Assembly (NCBI GenBank): GCA_012295275.1 | Contig: CM022673.1 | Span: 8,370,001 to 8,434,000 of the forward strand | Source of the DNA: Chrysomallon squamiferum | Lineage: Eukaryota; Animalia; Mollusca | Length of the DNA stretch: 64,000 bases | Direction of reading: 5' to 3' | Shown: positions 51,707-64,000 of the stretch, one piece after another | Position numbering within the stretch: position 1 is the stretch's first letter | Layout: the number at the start of each line of letters is the position of its first letter | The notes under the pieces: model-generated | Seen by the model: the letters and a program-made list of their open reading frames with translations, nothing else | Told to the model about the DNA's origin: nothing | Database searches by the model: none | Made by a program: the position numbers and the translations under genes

Positions 51707-54700
51707 CTGTAATTAGTAAATAGCTTATTAACACTTATTCTTTTAAAATTAAACAATAACAGTAACAATTATAAAAAAAAAAAAATTACCCCGATTAATA
51801 TAATAAAGCAGAAAATTACGCTTAAAAATAACTGAATAATAGCGACATCACTACGAAAAGAATGTACAGATTGTCAAATTTGACGTACTTGGTTTGCAAC
51901 TTGTTTGTTCTGTCTTGAAAACTGTCTCATAAATTCAAAGGTACAGAAAAAGGGAGAAAGAAAGAGAGAGGAGGGAGTGAGAGAGATGTAGAGTAGGACA
52001 AATTAAAAGATTAATGATAGAAAGCAAATAAGAACGCGCAAAGGAATCAGAAAATAAAAGGATGGATGGAGATAAAGAAAGAAGAGAGATGTAGATGGAC
52101 AAAGTTCTAAATTAATAAAATCGTAAAATCATGTTAAAAAAAAAAAAAAACAATAGAAAAAAAACAAACAAACGTACTTTTACCGTACAGATTACCTTGG
52201 TCTACTTTTGGTTGCACTCTACTTTCAACATCAGAATACACATTTTCTTTATTTAAAAGCTTTTACAAAAGAGCAATAAAAAACAAACAACAGAACTAAA
52301 AACTTAGTAGCCACTTTCAGAAGCTTTTGTAAAAGCACTTTACCGTTTTACAGCCCCCCCCAAAAAAAACATCTCCTAATTTTTATTATTTGTCTCAAAT
52401 ATTTAATGACAACAGAAACACGTTAACGGAAAGAACCAAAAATTATTACGTTTGCAATCGTAAAAACAACGAAAACTGTACTTTTACTTGTGCAATTAGC
52501 AAGTTCTGGTGCACTTTCTAATTGCTGCATACGTTTAACGTGATCGTTCATTGTTCACTCGCGCACGTAACGGTTTTTGACATTTATCGAACAGTTCTGC
52601 CTCGTGTTCTCTACACATCTACTCGGCGCCAGAGAGCTTCATCTTCGCGCTTATCTTAGACTGTGAGTCACCGCCGACCTGTTATCGTGACTTCGGCTAT
52701 GGGACCTCTAGAGAACCACTAATGCTCTTCAGCATCACAGTTGTCTCCCCTAAGCCCCAGTGCCATATTTTTCTTTCCGAACTGGTGACTCATGTATTTA
52801 TCGACTGGTCAGTCCGACCGAAAAGAAATCATCTAAGGGCTAAAGTGGAGCGATTTAACGATTACCGCCATGAAAATGGATGAATATGAAAATACCTATT
52901 TCGGCTTATCCATCATTCAGCATTATTCCGATTATTTGTTACAAACATTTTTGGCTTTTTTTTTTTTTTTTTTTTTTTTTGAAAATGCTATTGAGCGTCA
53001 CATATTTTACTGTCTGTCTGCATAATAAATCTACAACTATCTATCTAGCTGTCTGATAGATATGTCAGTCTATCTGTGTGTCTGCACACGGTATCTAACT
53101 GCTTTATATGTCTCTATGTACGTACGTACGTACGTATGTATGTATGTATATATGCATGTATGTATGTATGTATGTATGTATGTATGTATGTATGTATGTA
53201 GGTAATGATGTAGGTATATGATGTATATGTATATATATGTGTGTGTATTTATTATTGTATGTATGTATGTATGTGTGTGTGTCTATGTACGTGTGTACGT
53301 GTATACGTGTGTATTTGTGTACATGTCTATGTGTAAAAAAATAAAGGCGTGGATATTCTAAGCAGCTTCACTTTAAACCAAACATGTTAATCTCATGCAT
53401 TCGAGAACTATGGAAGAAATATTTCGAGAAAGGTTAAACTTATAAAAGAAGTCGTATGTGGACGAGTGAATGAGAAAATAGCAATATTCTCCGTCTATGA
53501 CAAACAAAGTTTAAAGTAATGAAAAAAAGTGGCGGGGGAAGGAAAAATCGAAAGCCATTCTATTTTCAACCTATGTTCTGATTGCACAGTACAAAAATTA
53601 ACGTTCTTTTCAAACTTTTATGGAAACAGTTTAAATAAGGAAACGGCGACGGTCTTAAGCTAAGCCAATCTCGTTCTCGTCACAGATTGAAATGTCCAGA
53701 GCTAATCTTGGCGCGACTTTGTTCGTGTTGAGTAAATGAACAATCCCTCTGGACAGATCGATAACTAATTACCTTTATGATAGCTGGACAATGGATATAC
53801 TTGTATATACTACACTAAAGATGGAAAGGATATGGTTTTAATCTGGAGTAGCGACTCTGGTGGGGGAACACAGTACATGTTTGGGAAGGTGTAGGCTTAT
53901 GAACTGGAGATAACGCTGGGATGCAAACAGACCAGGTATCGAGCACGATGGATTAAAGACTGAATAAATTAAATGGAACATTTTATCATTAAAAGGAAGG
54001 AATGTAAGGAAAAGTTCAGGCCTTAACGCATCTTCTCTTTTCTAAGTGTTTGCGAAATTTCATGCATAACCATACGTTAACTAATATAATAACCAACACT
54101 TTTCTACTTGTCTCAGTAATAAGTAAATTTTATCTAATTAACTTTTTGTTTATCACGTTATGAGGTATTTGCTAGAACTCCCCAAAACGTTTATATATAT
54201 ATATATATACATATAAGCTTCAATTTTCAAAAATTCTATTTAAAAAAATATTTTAAAATTACTTTTTCTTTCAAAATACACAAACAAAGAATCGTATCCT
54301 TCATTGATTCTCTTCACAGTTGTAGCTTAGAGTCCTCCATGTCGTAAAATATTCTAGTGACAAACTGTATAGTCATCATTTTTACAGAATAACGCATCTG
54401 GCTGTAACCCATGTGATAAACGACTTTATTTTTCTATTGCCCTTCTAAATCAGGGTCTTTATATGACTGTGCACAGGGCACAATTACTAGTCCATAAAAC
54501 TACGGTGCTAATTTTAGATATAAATTAGGTATGAATGACTATTTGCAGATACGTGAGCGCATTAAATTCTATTTTGGGCAATCCGCTTCAGCTACACTAT
54601 GTAAATGAATGTGTTAGTCTACAGACAGGTTTGAAGTCTTCAGTACAGTATCAGTTTAAAGAAGATATGTGTAAGTGTATCAGAGCATTGTTTTCTCGGT

Positions 54701-56566
54701 TATTTACAACATCCTGGAAATGATAACATGTACAGAAAGACAATGCAGCAAATGTGAACCAGCAGGTCAACATGTAAATACCTGAACTATCACTGGCGAT
54801 TAGCAATTCAAATTAATGCTATTTGCAATCTTTAGCCTGAAACAACGCAAACAGTAATGTGATTTAAGTGAATCACTATGAATATAATCATTTTATATGC
54901 CATTAAAACATTTGAATATTTTGCCTGCCTCTCTCTATTAAAGAGTGTCATATGAAACTGGTGCATGTCCTGTGTTGGCCTTTTTCACTGACCTTTGCAT
55001 TCTGAGCACTGAAACACAGGCAAGATTTCCACTAGCAACAAAATCGATGTCATGGCCTCTGGCTCAGAACTGTGCCAAAGCTGTACAATGAGGGAAACGT
55101 GTAGCAAAACTTGACAGCTTGCAGTTTTGCACAGCGATTTGTTTTTCTAGCTTTTAATTCTTTAAACCATGTTGCAGAAATTCCACGATTTAAAAACAAA
55201 ATCATATGAGAATACGAACTACTTTATCTAATTACACAACCACTTTTCTTTCTTGTATTTTAACGAATGTATGAGTTAACTATGTAAAAGTGCAAATGGC
55301 TCTGAAAACGAAAAAGTATGACAATCAATTTTTTTTTAATCTTTATTTTTTTATTATTTTAATTTTGTTTTTAGTTTATAGTCTTGTAAGTTGAAGAATG
55401 AGAGAGTTGATGATATTGAAGTGGTCTAAATGAACACAGACTTGCTATGGTGTAGTTGTTAGAACACTGTTATCACGTACTGCACGCTATTATTATGATT
55501 ATGACAGGTTATTTTGTTTCTACATCTCTACTCTTCGTCAAGGATAGGAGCTTTTCATTTCCTTACATGTCGAATGTAAATTAAATACATCGTTCTTTCT
55601 CTTCTCTTCTCTCACTCTCTTTTCTTTTTTATCTTTCTATCTTTATGTTTCAATAACACGCATATTGCATTTATTACATTTAATAACATTATTAACAATA
55701 GATAAAACTAGAAATCAAATTCTAGACATCATAATGACACGAACACTTGATATTGACGTTTAAGGGTTAAAACTAGTTTTGATTTCGCTATATACACTGA
55801 TATAATGTTACCTCTATGTTAAAATGTATGTCATACACATACGAAACAATGACACGTTGTTCTGTAATGTTTCTTAAACCAGGTCAAGGATTCATTATTA
55901 GCATAATGGGGATTTCCTGGGATTTCGTTCATTTCATTTCATTACCTGACTATTTTCGTATTTATCTTTTGGGATGAATGTATCTTCGTTTTAGACAGAC
56001 TTAATTTGTATAACTGTTCTGGTAATAGCGTTATTCGAAAACGATCACTCAGAACAATGACTTCAGTCTCGTTGAAAAATTCATGGAACTGCTCTGTTGA
56101 GAGTATGGGATATACTCGTGTTGCAAGCAATGAATTATACTGTAATTAGCTGAATTGTCATTTCACTTCAAGTCTTTGAATATAACGATATAAACTGGCT
56201 TGGAAATACTGTTTGGCTCCGTGTTGCTGTATGAGGGGGAAAAGAGACAGAATGATAGAGCTAATGAGAAATAGAGAGAAATGAGTAAATAGGACGCTCA
56301 GACAGAAGAAAAAACAGTAAGAGAGAGAGAGAGGGGGGAAATTTACAGACAGACAGAATAAATGTGAACAGATAAAAGGAAAAAGAAAAAAAAAGAGAAA
56401 CATTGCTGTGTTAAAAAAAAAAAAACGAAAAAAAAAAAAAAAAAAAAGATTTTTAATTCTAAAATTTTCCTACGAGGGCTTAGATCTAATGCATATTAAA
56501 CATAAATTAAGAAGAAGCATTAAAAAACAACCAAATTCGCACAAACATGAATCACGATCACTATAC
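51707..56566 (-). other. Gene B phase-1 intron (4860 nt)
   Basis: GT at 56566-56565, AG at 51708-51707; in-frame join at a position homologous to the gene A intron. Confidence 0.78.
52620..52795. promoter_or_regulatory. Candidate intronic enhancer in gene B
   Basis: GC-richer island with two AP-1 heptamers (TGAGTCA 52664, TGACTCA 52786), a GATA site (CTTATCT 52650) and GGCGCC (52625). Confidence 0.3.
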
Positions 56567-56855
56567 CTCTCCCCTCCGACAAAACAAACAGCGACGCTTG
56601 GGTGGGACGGGAATGTTGTGGTACCGGGAGTGGCTCCGGAGTCTGACTTCCGGTCGGGGTGTCTCCGCGATGCTTGTTGATCTCGCGCTGTATTTTGTCT
56701 TTGAGTCTGCGAATGTGGAACTGCTGGAGCAGCGTGATGTTCTGCTGAATCCCAGGAGCGAAGGAAATGTTGGATTCGGTTTCCGTGTTGAGAAGCGCCA
56801 ACACAAAACACCAGATGCATGTAATGAGGTGATGTCGGTTCTGTCTGATGCCCAT
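56567..56855 (-). CDS. Gene B coding exon 1: signal peptide and N-terminal prodomain of a divergent TGF-beta-family ligand
   Basis: ATG at 56855. Hydrophobic LITCIWCFVLALL core; alpha1-like HIRRLKDKIQREI. Ends LFVLSEGR-G|gtatag (phase-1 donor at 56566), the same position and phase as gene A (LFFSVSERL|). Upstream acceptor ttttctttcgccag at 56909. Confidence 0.82.
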
Positions 56856-57407
56856 AGCAGATCAAGTGTCACCCTTGTAGCTGCCAGGCCTCCACTACGT
56901 CAAAAGATCTGGCGAAAGAAAACGTCATGTGTGACATAATCCATGTACAGTTTTCGTTGCAATAAGACACATTATTATCATAACAAAACGCAAGATTAGC
57001 AAAGCGAAAAATGTTTATGCAAGCACTAATCCTGTGTGAGATTAAATTTGAAAATTGATTTTTTTGTTAAAAGCTTTTGGATGATATGATAAATTTACTT
57101 CGTGTTAGTTAAACAATCCTGTTAATAGGAAATGACAATAATAATGCTCAAACGAATTGGTTTTAAAACAAGGCAGAAATTTAATCATCATCATCGTTAG
57201 CATCATCATTATCACCATAATATTAATATTATTGTAATGGTTGTTGATGTAGTTGTTGTTATGGTTGTTATTACTGGAAACGTTTTTTCTTTGAGGCTAG
57301 TGTCTTATGAGGGATCTACCAAAGGCCATGTAAATAAAAGTGCCATTGTTATTTTATCGAAAAGAAAATATTTAATTACTTACAAGTTAACCAAAGTTGA
57401 TTGCAAG

Positions 57408-57586
57408 GATGGATGGATGGATGAATGAATGTTTGGATGGATGGATGGATGAATGTATGGATGGATGGATCGGTAAGTAGATAGATAGATAGACTGACAG
57501 ACCGACATACAGACAGATAGATACATTTAAAAAAATGGATAGATGGATGGACAAATAGATAGATAGATAGATAGATAGATAGACAC

Positions 57587-57655
<69 letters not shown>

Positions 57656-57675
57656 CAGATAGATTAGATAGATAT
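57408..57675. repeat. (GGAT)n + (GATA)n compound repeat
   Basis: Directly visible. Confidence 0.93.
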
Positions 57676-58277
57676 ATTATATAATGTAATTAAGTACATA
57701 ACCTAGTAGATAAATGTTTGACAGTTTTTCCACAAGACATAATGTGCAAAAGTGAATACTCCTCAGGAAAAACGTTTCGTCTTTGAAAACTATAATTATT
57801 TCGACTATTGTCGGAAATCATCGCCACTTTACGTCAAAAGACACGAAGTCTGATTCAGCAGAGACGTCATAAATAAGCGCAGTCTCGCTCGACCCAGACG
57901 CTTGTCAAAACAACATTAGAGTCTTGATCGACCGAGACCAGAATCGAGTTACCCCTCTATAAATCGTGATCCACCGAAACGAATTTGCAACATTTCACAG
58001 ATATTGGAGAAGTATTTCAAAAATGTCCACATTTGCTAGATTGATTTGTTACCTTTATAACAGAATAACGAACTGCAATTTGCTAAAAGTAAAAATCTTG
58101 TTCCGCTGTTACCGCGAAGTCTGAAGCATTGTGATTATGCCGTGGAACAAGTCATGCCGTCTATTTCATAATGAAACTAATTCCATCGTGAAAGTTGCAG
58201 CCTCCCCAGGAAAGTAGCTATTTGCGGCCACAAATATATAAAATAAAAACATACAGCATCACTGGTTTAGAGACACT

Positions 58278-58386
58278 GAAGAAGAAGAAGAAGAAGAAGA
58301 AGAAGAAGAAGAAGAAGAAGAAGAAGAAGAAGAAGAAGAAGAAAAAGAAGAAGAAGAAGAAGAAGAAGAAGAAGAAGAAGAAGAAA
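58278..58386. repeat. (AAG)n microsatellite
   Basis: Directly visible; source of the poly-Lys ORF. Confidence 0.97.
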
Positions 58387-58491
58387 AATGCAGGAAGAAA
58401 AGATAATGTACTGAAAAAAGATTTTGGTTTTAAAAACGCTAATAAATAAATAAATAAATAAATAAATAAATATTAGACTGCCGTTCTCTCA

Positions 58492-59460
58492 ACTTACCTC
58501 ACCGGTGCTATTACATTCTTTGTCTCACATATCGAATTATTTAAACACGCTATTCATTATTTAAAAAACAAAACTGTTCATCGCCAATTTTCAATTATGT
58601 TATTACGTGGCCTAAATGTTCTGCCGTAGATATCATCTGAAAACTATGTAATCTGTGCCATCAGCCTTAATAGCGATGAATTATTATTACACGTGATGAC
58701 AGTTTGATGCATTTTCTGTAATCTAGCACGCGGACACACGGGCAGACAAATGCTTGGTACTTCTACTCTCAAAACCTGGCGATCGATACCGAATCAAAAA
58801 GCAAAGACTGCAGTTTCAGTTTTTCTGTTAAGGCGAAATTACGTCTAAAAGTAACTAAGAGACAAAGTGTTTTACACCTACAGCGTTCACAGAGGAAAGA
58901 AAGGAATAAGAAACAATGCGAGCAAAAAATAGAGAGAAGTGGATCAGAAAGGCAGAGAAAATGAAAGAAGAAAATATAACTTAAACAAAAAAAGAAAAAA
59001 AAAAAAATTGGACACGCAAATTTGAAAACAAACTGGAAGAGAAGATGATTATAAATAACTAAATAGATTATATATACATGTAGACGTGAAGAATTTTTTT
59101 TTTCTGTGATACTAAATTTCTTGAAAATCTTTTGAAACAAAGGAATATATATGTCTTAAAAATAAAACAAACTAATAATTATACGTTACCTAATTCGTTA
59201 TACTATCTCTCTGTGCTTTCCTCCCCTCGAAATAAAACATCAGTGAATAACAAAAAGACAGCATGTTTTTTTTTTTCTTGTTTTTTTTTCGTCAAGGAAC
59301 AAAATTGAGACGTGAAATCCACGTTTCCCCGAAGACTAGTCCACTCGACAACTTTATAAGGAACTATAATTTTCTAACCTTATGTCTGTTATAACTATAC
59401 AACAGAGAAGGCTTTTGCATAACCTTGTATCCACACCCACGCACTTTGCTAGGCCAATCT
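58492..59460 (-). promoter_or_regulatory. Candidate promoter and non-coding first exon of gene B
   Basis: Minus-strand TATAAAG at 59358-59352, with CCACACCC (59431-59438) and CCAAT (59454-59458) 75-100 nt upstream. A consensus donor GAG|gtaagt at 58498/58497 could splice to the acceptor at 56909. Motif evidence only. Confidence 0.35.
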
Positions 59461-61893
59461 TCAAAGTCCCACACATTGCAGCCATTCAAAACAATCCGCG
59501 GATTCCCAGGTCGAAATTAAACGCCCATGAATGGCAGCATAATCTTGGAGATCATTAGAATATATGATCACAATACAAGAATGAATGGCACACGATAGAT
59601 GCTACTGATATACGAATTATTTATCTTATCCTTTTATCTTCAGAAGAATGGTACCTCTCAAAAATGAAGAATAAAAGACTTCCGTGCATACATTTCGGTT
59701 TTTTTTTAAAGAACATTTCTCTTATTTTCCATATCTGTCTTTCTCTTGTTCGTTATGGCCTTCTAACCAGTTTGTATTTGGTTTTAAAATATCAGCGAAA
59801 AAACATATAAATTATTTTTTTTCCCTTCAGACGCATAGACTGAACATGTTTTTTTTTAAGCAGTGTTAGACAACAATTGTTCTTTTAGAACTGACAATGA
59901 AAATACCCAAGTCTCTTACAAATCTTTGTTTAAAATATTTCTGAGTATAACTCAGCCTTACTGTATGTATAAGATATACAATATTTATTACCTTTCGATT
60001 TAACAGTTCAGAAGTTAATTAAGAAAGGATATTTTTTCATGATTTTGAGCTTTCTTAGGAAACAAAAATAAATAAACAATAAATAAATAAACAAAAATAA
60101 AAATAATAAATTTAAATATTTCCTTATGTAAAGTTTACCTTCTTACAATTGTATATTTTTACTTCAATGATTATACAAAGTCTTTAAAACGTTCTTGTAT
60201 ATTACTTTGTTTTAAATTTTAAAACGAAATAGTTGTAGAACAAAACAAACACTGAATTCCTCTTGCAGCTGATAACAATACCAAAGTCAAATGAAGCATT
60301 AACAGTTTACCTTAATCATTTTATTGCCTATATCTCATGTTTGTTCTTTGCAGTGACATAGCAATGCGGATATCGTGACTCATTGTAAAGACATTATGGA
60401 CGTCCTTTCCATTTGTAAAAAAGCTGACATCTGAATATTGTGTCAGTTTGCGAAAAGATGGTTTGTAGTCTGAATAGCTTGAGACAGTTTGTAAATAAAT
60501 ATTCCATGGTTAGCCTGATTATTTTAGAACGATATCGATTTCATTATCTTCTTCACTAAAATCCTGGTATTTCTGGTACGAATATATTAATAAAGAGACA
60601 CATGTAGTGGATTCTGTTTTTGTAAAAGTAAACGGATTCAGAACTTATTTCAAGACATTATTTTAATTATCCTGATTACTTATACAAAAATAGATTACGG
60701 ATTTACTGAATTTTCAAAGTCCTGCCTGTATTTTTCAAAAGATCCTGTTTAAAAAGATAAGAAATTATGGATTTTTTGCTTATTTATTTATTTTTTTTAG
60801 TCATGATTCTCTAATTATTTTGTAAAATAAAGGTCTTTAATTAATTAATAGACTCACAAACACAGAAACTAAGAATAAACAAAATGAAAGCAAGAAAACC
60901 ATATTTAAACGATCTGAAACAAATGCAGAAAGTTGTTTAGAAATAAAATAGTGATATTACAGGTACCAAATCTTTTATCCGTGAAACATGCGGTAGAAAA
61001 TGATTTGGATTTCTTCAGCAATGATTACATATACTTAACACATAAAATAAACAATGAAACAACATATAACAGATATCTAAACCCTCAGTACGAGCTTTTC
61101 GTGAATTACATAACAGATCGCTTCTAGTCTGATATACTGGTAAGAATGCAAAACAACCTATCGGTTTATTATAACAGAACACGTGTGTATGCAAATCAAA
61201 TACCCATAATCAAATGAAAAAAAAAAAAAAAAAAAAAAAAATGAGTTTTATACTTTCAAAGATCCAAGTGTGAAGATAAATAGTGAACACAATGAATGGA
61301 AATAAATCTTTCTTTCTTAGAGAGCAAGCTGCGGAGCTCTAAATTAAATTAGGAAATTACCTCGAAAGAAATAATTTATTTCCTTTTGGCGACACGTTAT
61401 GTGTGAATGTCATTTAGTGAAGCACCGAGCCACCTTCCGCCCCCGCGCGGACCCACACTGGTGAAATGACACATGGACTGCAAAGAGGATCGATATATCG
61501 GTTGACAGGCAAGGATAATCGATGCCACACGGCAATTTTACTATGTCAGTTTGTCAACATCGTAATGGCACCAGAAGCAAAGAAAAAGGAAAAGATTTGT
61601 TTTAACTAGACTCCAGTAAACTGCATAATCTGGAGAGAGAAAGAAATGAAGATGGGAGGAAGTTATAAAGAACAAAATAAAATAACAACGGGTGGATGGG
61701 GGAAAGGGGGAAAATGAGAGAAAGAAAGAAAGAAAAAAGTTAGATAGGCTGAGAAATTAAAGAGATAAAAAGAAATAATGTTATTTAGAAAATCGGAATG
61801 TGTAGAAAAAGATATATATTGTGACGCATTTGAAACGTATTTTAATGCACAGTTTTATGTTTTCATGCTTGTTATTAAAGACTACGGGCGGGG

Positions 61894-61964
<71 letters not shown>

Positions 61965-62181
61965 CGGGAATGCTATTATTTTTCACTTTTTTATTAACAG
62001 CAAGGATCTTTAAAGGCATTTTCTCATAGACAGGAAAATAAACACGTAGTAATTGGAAGGACTGATCAACTGATAATTTTCGCCTCACCCCTTTAAGAAT
62101 GTGTCAGACAAACTATGAGAAAGCAAAAGAATGAGTAAGTGCGATTAAAATAAATAAATAATCTAATGTATGTATGCAGAT

Positions 62182-62228
<47 letters not shown>

Positions 62229-63375
62229 GAAATAAAAAAGGAAAAGAAAAAGAAATAACCTAGCAGATGAATAATGGAATAAAATATGATAATCACCTAC
62301 TTATAACATTAAATTCCTGGTATATAATCTTTTGTTTGTGTTAGTCTATCAGATAATCAGTTAGAGAAACTAGAGTTTAAAACAGAAATTCATTTCTTTC
62401 ATTAAATTTTACTGCTATCCGGTATCTGGATCAGATCTCACTATTTACGGGGTTAAAAGCGACGAGCTTAACCTTTACTCAACGAGCTATTACGGATAAT
62501 AACAAATAGACAACTTTACCAGCCATTAAATAGAAGAGGGTTTCGTTGAAGCGCACGGATAACTTGAGGCAGTTATCTGACTTCTTAATTTAAAAAAATA
62601 TGCAGAGATGTGAAGCAAATGTCCGTTTATTCGAAGATCGAACGGTGTTTGTTAAAAGAAGAGCAAAATGAAAAAGGTAAAAAAAAAATCCACGGAAATT
62701 AATTTGCATTTCCAGCAGTCTACATTGATAATTCTTTTTAATTACCATTATTAGTTGTTTGTTGTTGGGTGTGTTTGTTTTTTTTTCTTGTTCTTTTTGT
62801 TTTTTGTTTATTTGTTTGTTTTATTATTTTTAAAATTTATTTAAAGTTTTTGTTTTTTTAAATTTTTAAAATTTTAAAATTATTTTTAAATTTTTATTTA
62901 AAATTTAAAATTATTTTATCGTTTCTGTTTTTTTTTTTTTTTTTTATATTATATTATATTTATATATATATATATAAAAAAAAAAACCCATTAACTTCGT
63001 TTCTTTTTGCAGTAAATAATTGCAGATAGTGACAAAGTTAAGAAACAGCTATGATCTCTTATCTTTCTGTGAGGTTGTTACAGAGAATCAGGACTGGGTC
63101 TACTTCAGCTGTTAACGAGTGGGTTGAGTAGGGGGATAAGTGTTTTCTGGCAAGTTAAGTGATCTAAGCAATTACGATTAAGGGTAGAACGTTGTTCACA
63201 TATGCTATCGAAATGCTATGTTCCAGATTTTCCATTTCGTTTTAAACAGTCGTGTTCATATATGTGTGTTTTATTTATGTGTGTGTATATATGTGTATGT
63301 GTATGTATGTATGTGTGTATGTATGTATGTATGTGTGTATGTATGTATGTATGTATGTATGTATGTATGTATGTA

Positions 63376-63408
<33 letters not shown>

Positions 63409-63915
63409 GTGTATGTATGTATGTATGCATGTATGTATGAATGTATGTATGTATGTATGCATGTATGTATGTATGTGTGTATGCATATATGTATGTATGT
63501 CTGTGCGTATGGTTATACGTATTTAATTATTTATGTAAATATGTGTTTGTGAATGAAATGGATATTGAAATGTTGGATACATAATAAATTAATAAATAGA
63601 CGAAAGACTGAACGCAAGAATGAACGAATGAATAAATGAATGGATGCAGTTATTTTAACAAGGAGCTAACAGTAACACTGCAGAATATATAAATTTCTAG
63701 AGATTATGGCTGGCTGCTGCTGTTGTCAAGGTGTTGACTGAGAACACAACGTCACCCGTTTGAACCGTCTGGCGTGACGTGCAGTTATCACGAGGTCAAG
63801 TTATGGGAAACAACAGCTGGTTTTCGTGACTACCTGATATCGATAGCCGTTCATTCACAGCAAAAATTCTTTACGGAAAGAAAATGAATAATTTGTTTTA
63901 CAAAGTTATTTGAAG

Positions 63916-63948
<33 letters not shown>

Positions 63949-64000
63949 AAGTCTAGACAGAATAGAAAATTCATGATTATTCATTTTGAATATTCAGTCA

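Noticed and set aside
51707-51734. ORF-track N-terminus MLISYLLIT of the 330-aa ORF, as if gene B were single-exon
   Set aside because: Non-ATG start inside the intron's 3' end; the signal peptide is in the exon at 56567-56855.
55440-55490. tRNA-like start (tggtgtagttgttagaacac)
   Set aside because: A-box-like only, with no B box or cloverleaf; at most a SINE-head remnant.
50742-56855. Assigning a gene symbol (INHB, MSTN, LEFTY, maverick) to gene B
   Set aside because: Too divergent for orthology by eye; needs phylogeny.

Overview
AT-rich, microsatellite-dense animal genomic DNA, probably from an invertebrate; a mollusc is only a guess from a SINE remnant. It is not prokaryotic, so most ORFs in the track are simple-repeat artefacts. 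Only two protein-coding genes are supported. Both are on the minus strand, about 27 kb apart, and are clear paralogues of the TGF-beta superfamily with activin/myostatin-type architecture. Each has a signal peptide and a phase-1 GT-AG intron at the same prodomain position. Gene B (join 56855..56567, 51706..50742; 417 aa) has a very basic prodomain, an RHRR furin site and an aberrant cystine-knot domain: the interchain Cys is replaced by Arg, both conserved Trp residues are lost (GWxDW to DLDDD), and the wrist helix is replaced by a 39-aa Arg/Ser-rich segment. Gene A (join 23889..23526, 23216..22759; 273 aa) is an intact secreted prodomain that stops where the ligand should begin. By inference the pair looks like a tandem TGF-beta modulator module: a ligand-less prodomain plus a probably non-signalling, non-covalent ligand. 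The rest is non-coding: SINE remnants, local direct and inverted duplications, minisatellites and motif-dense candidate regulatory islands. Novelty cannot be established without database searches.
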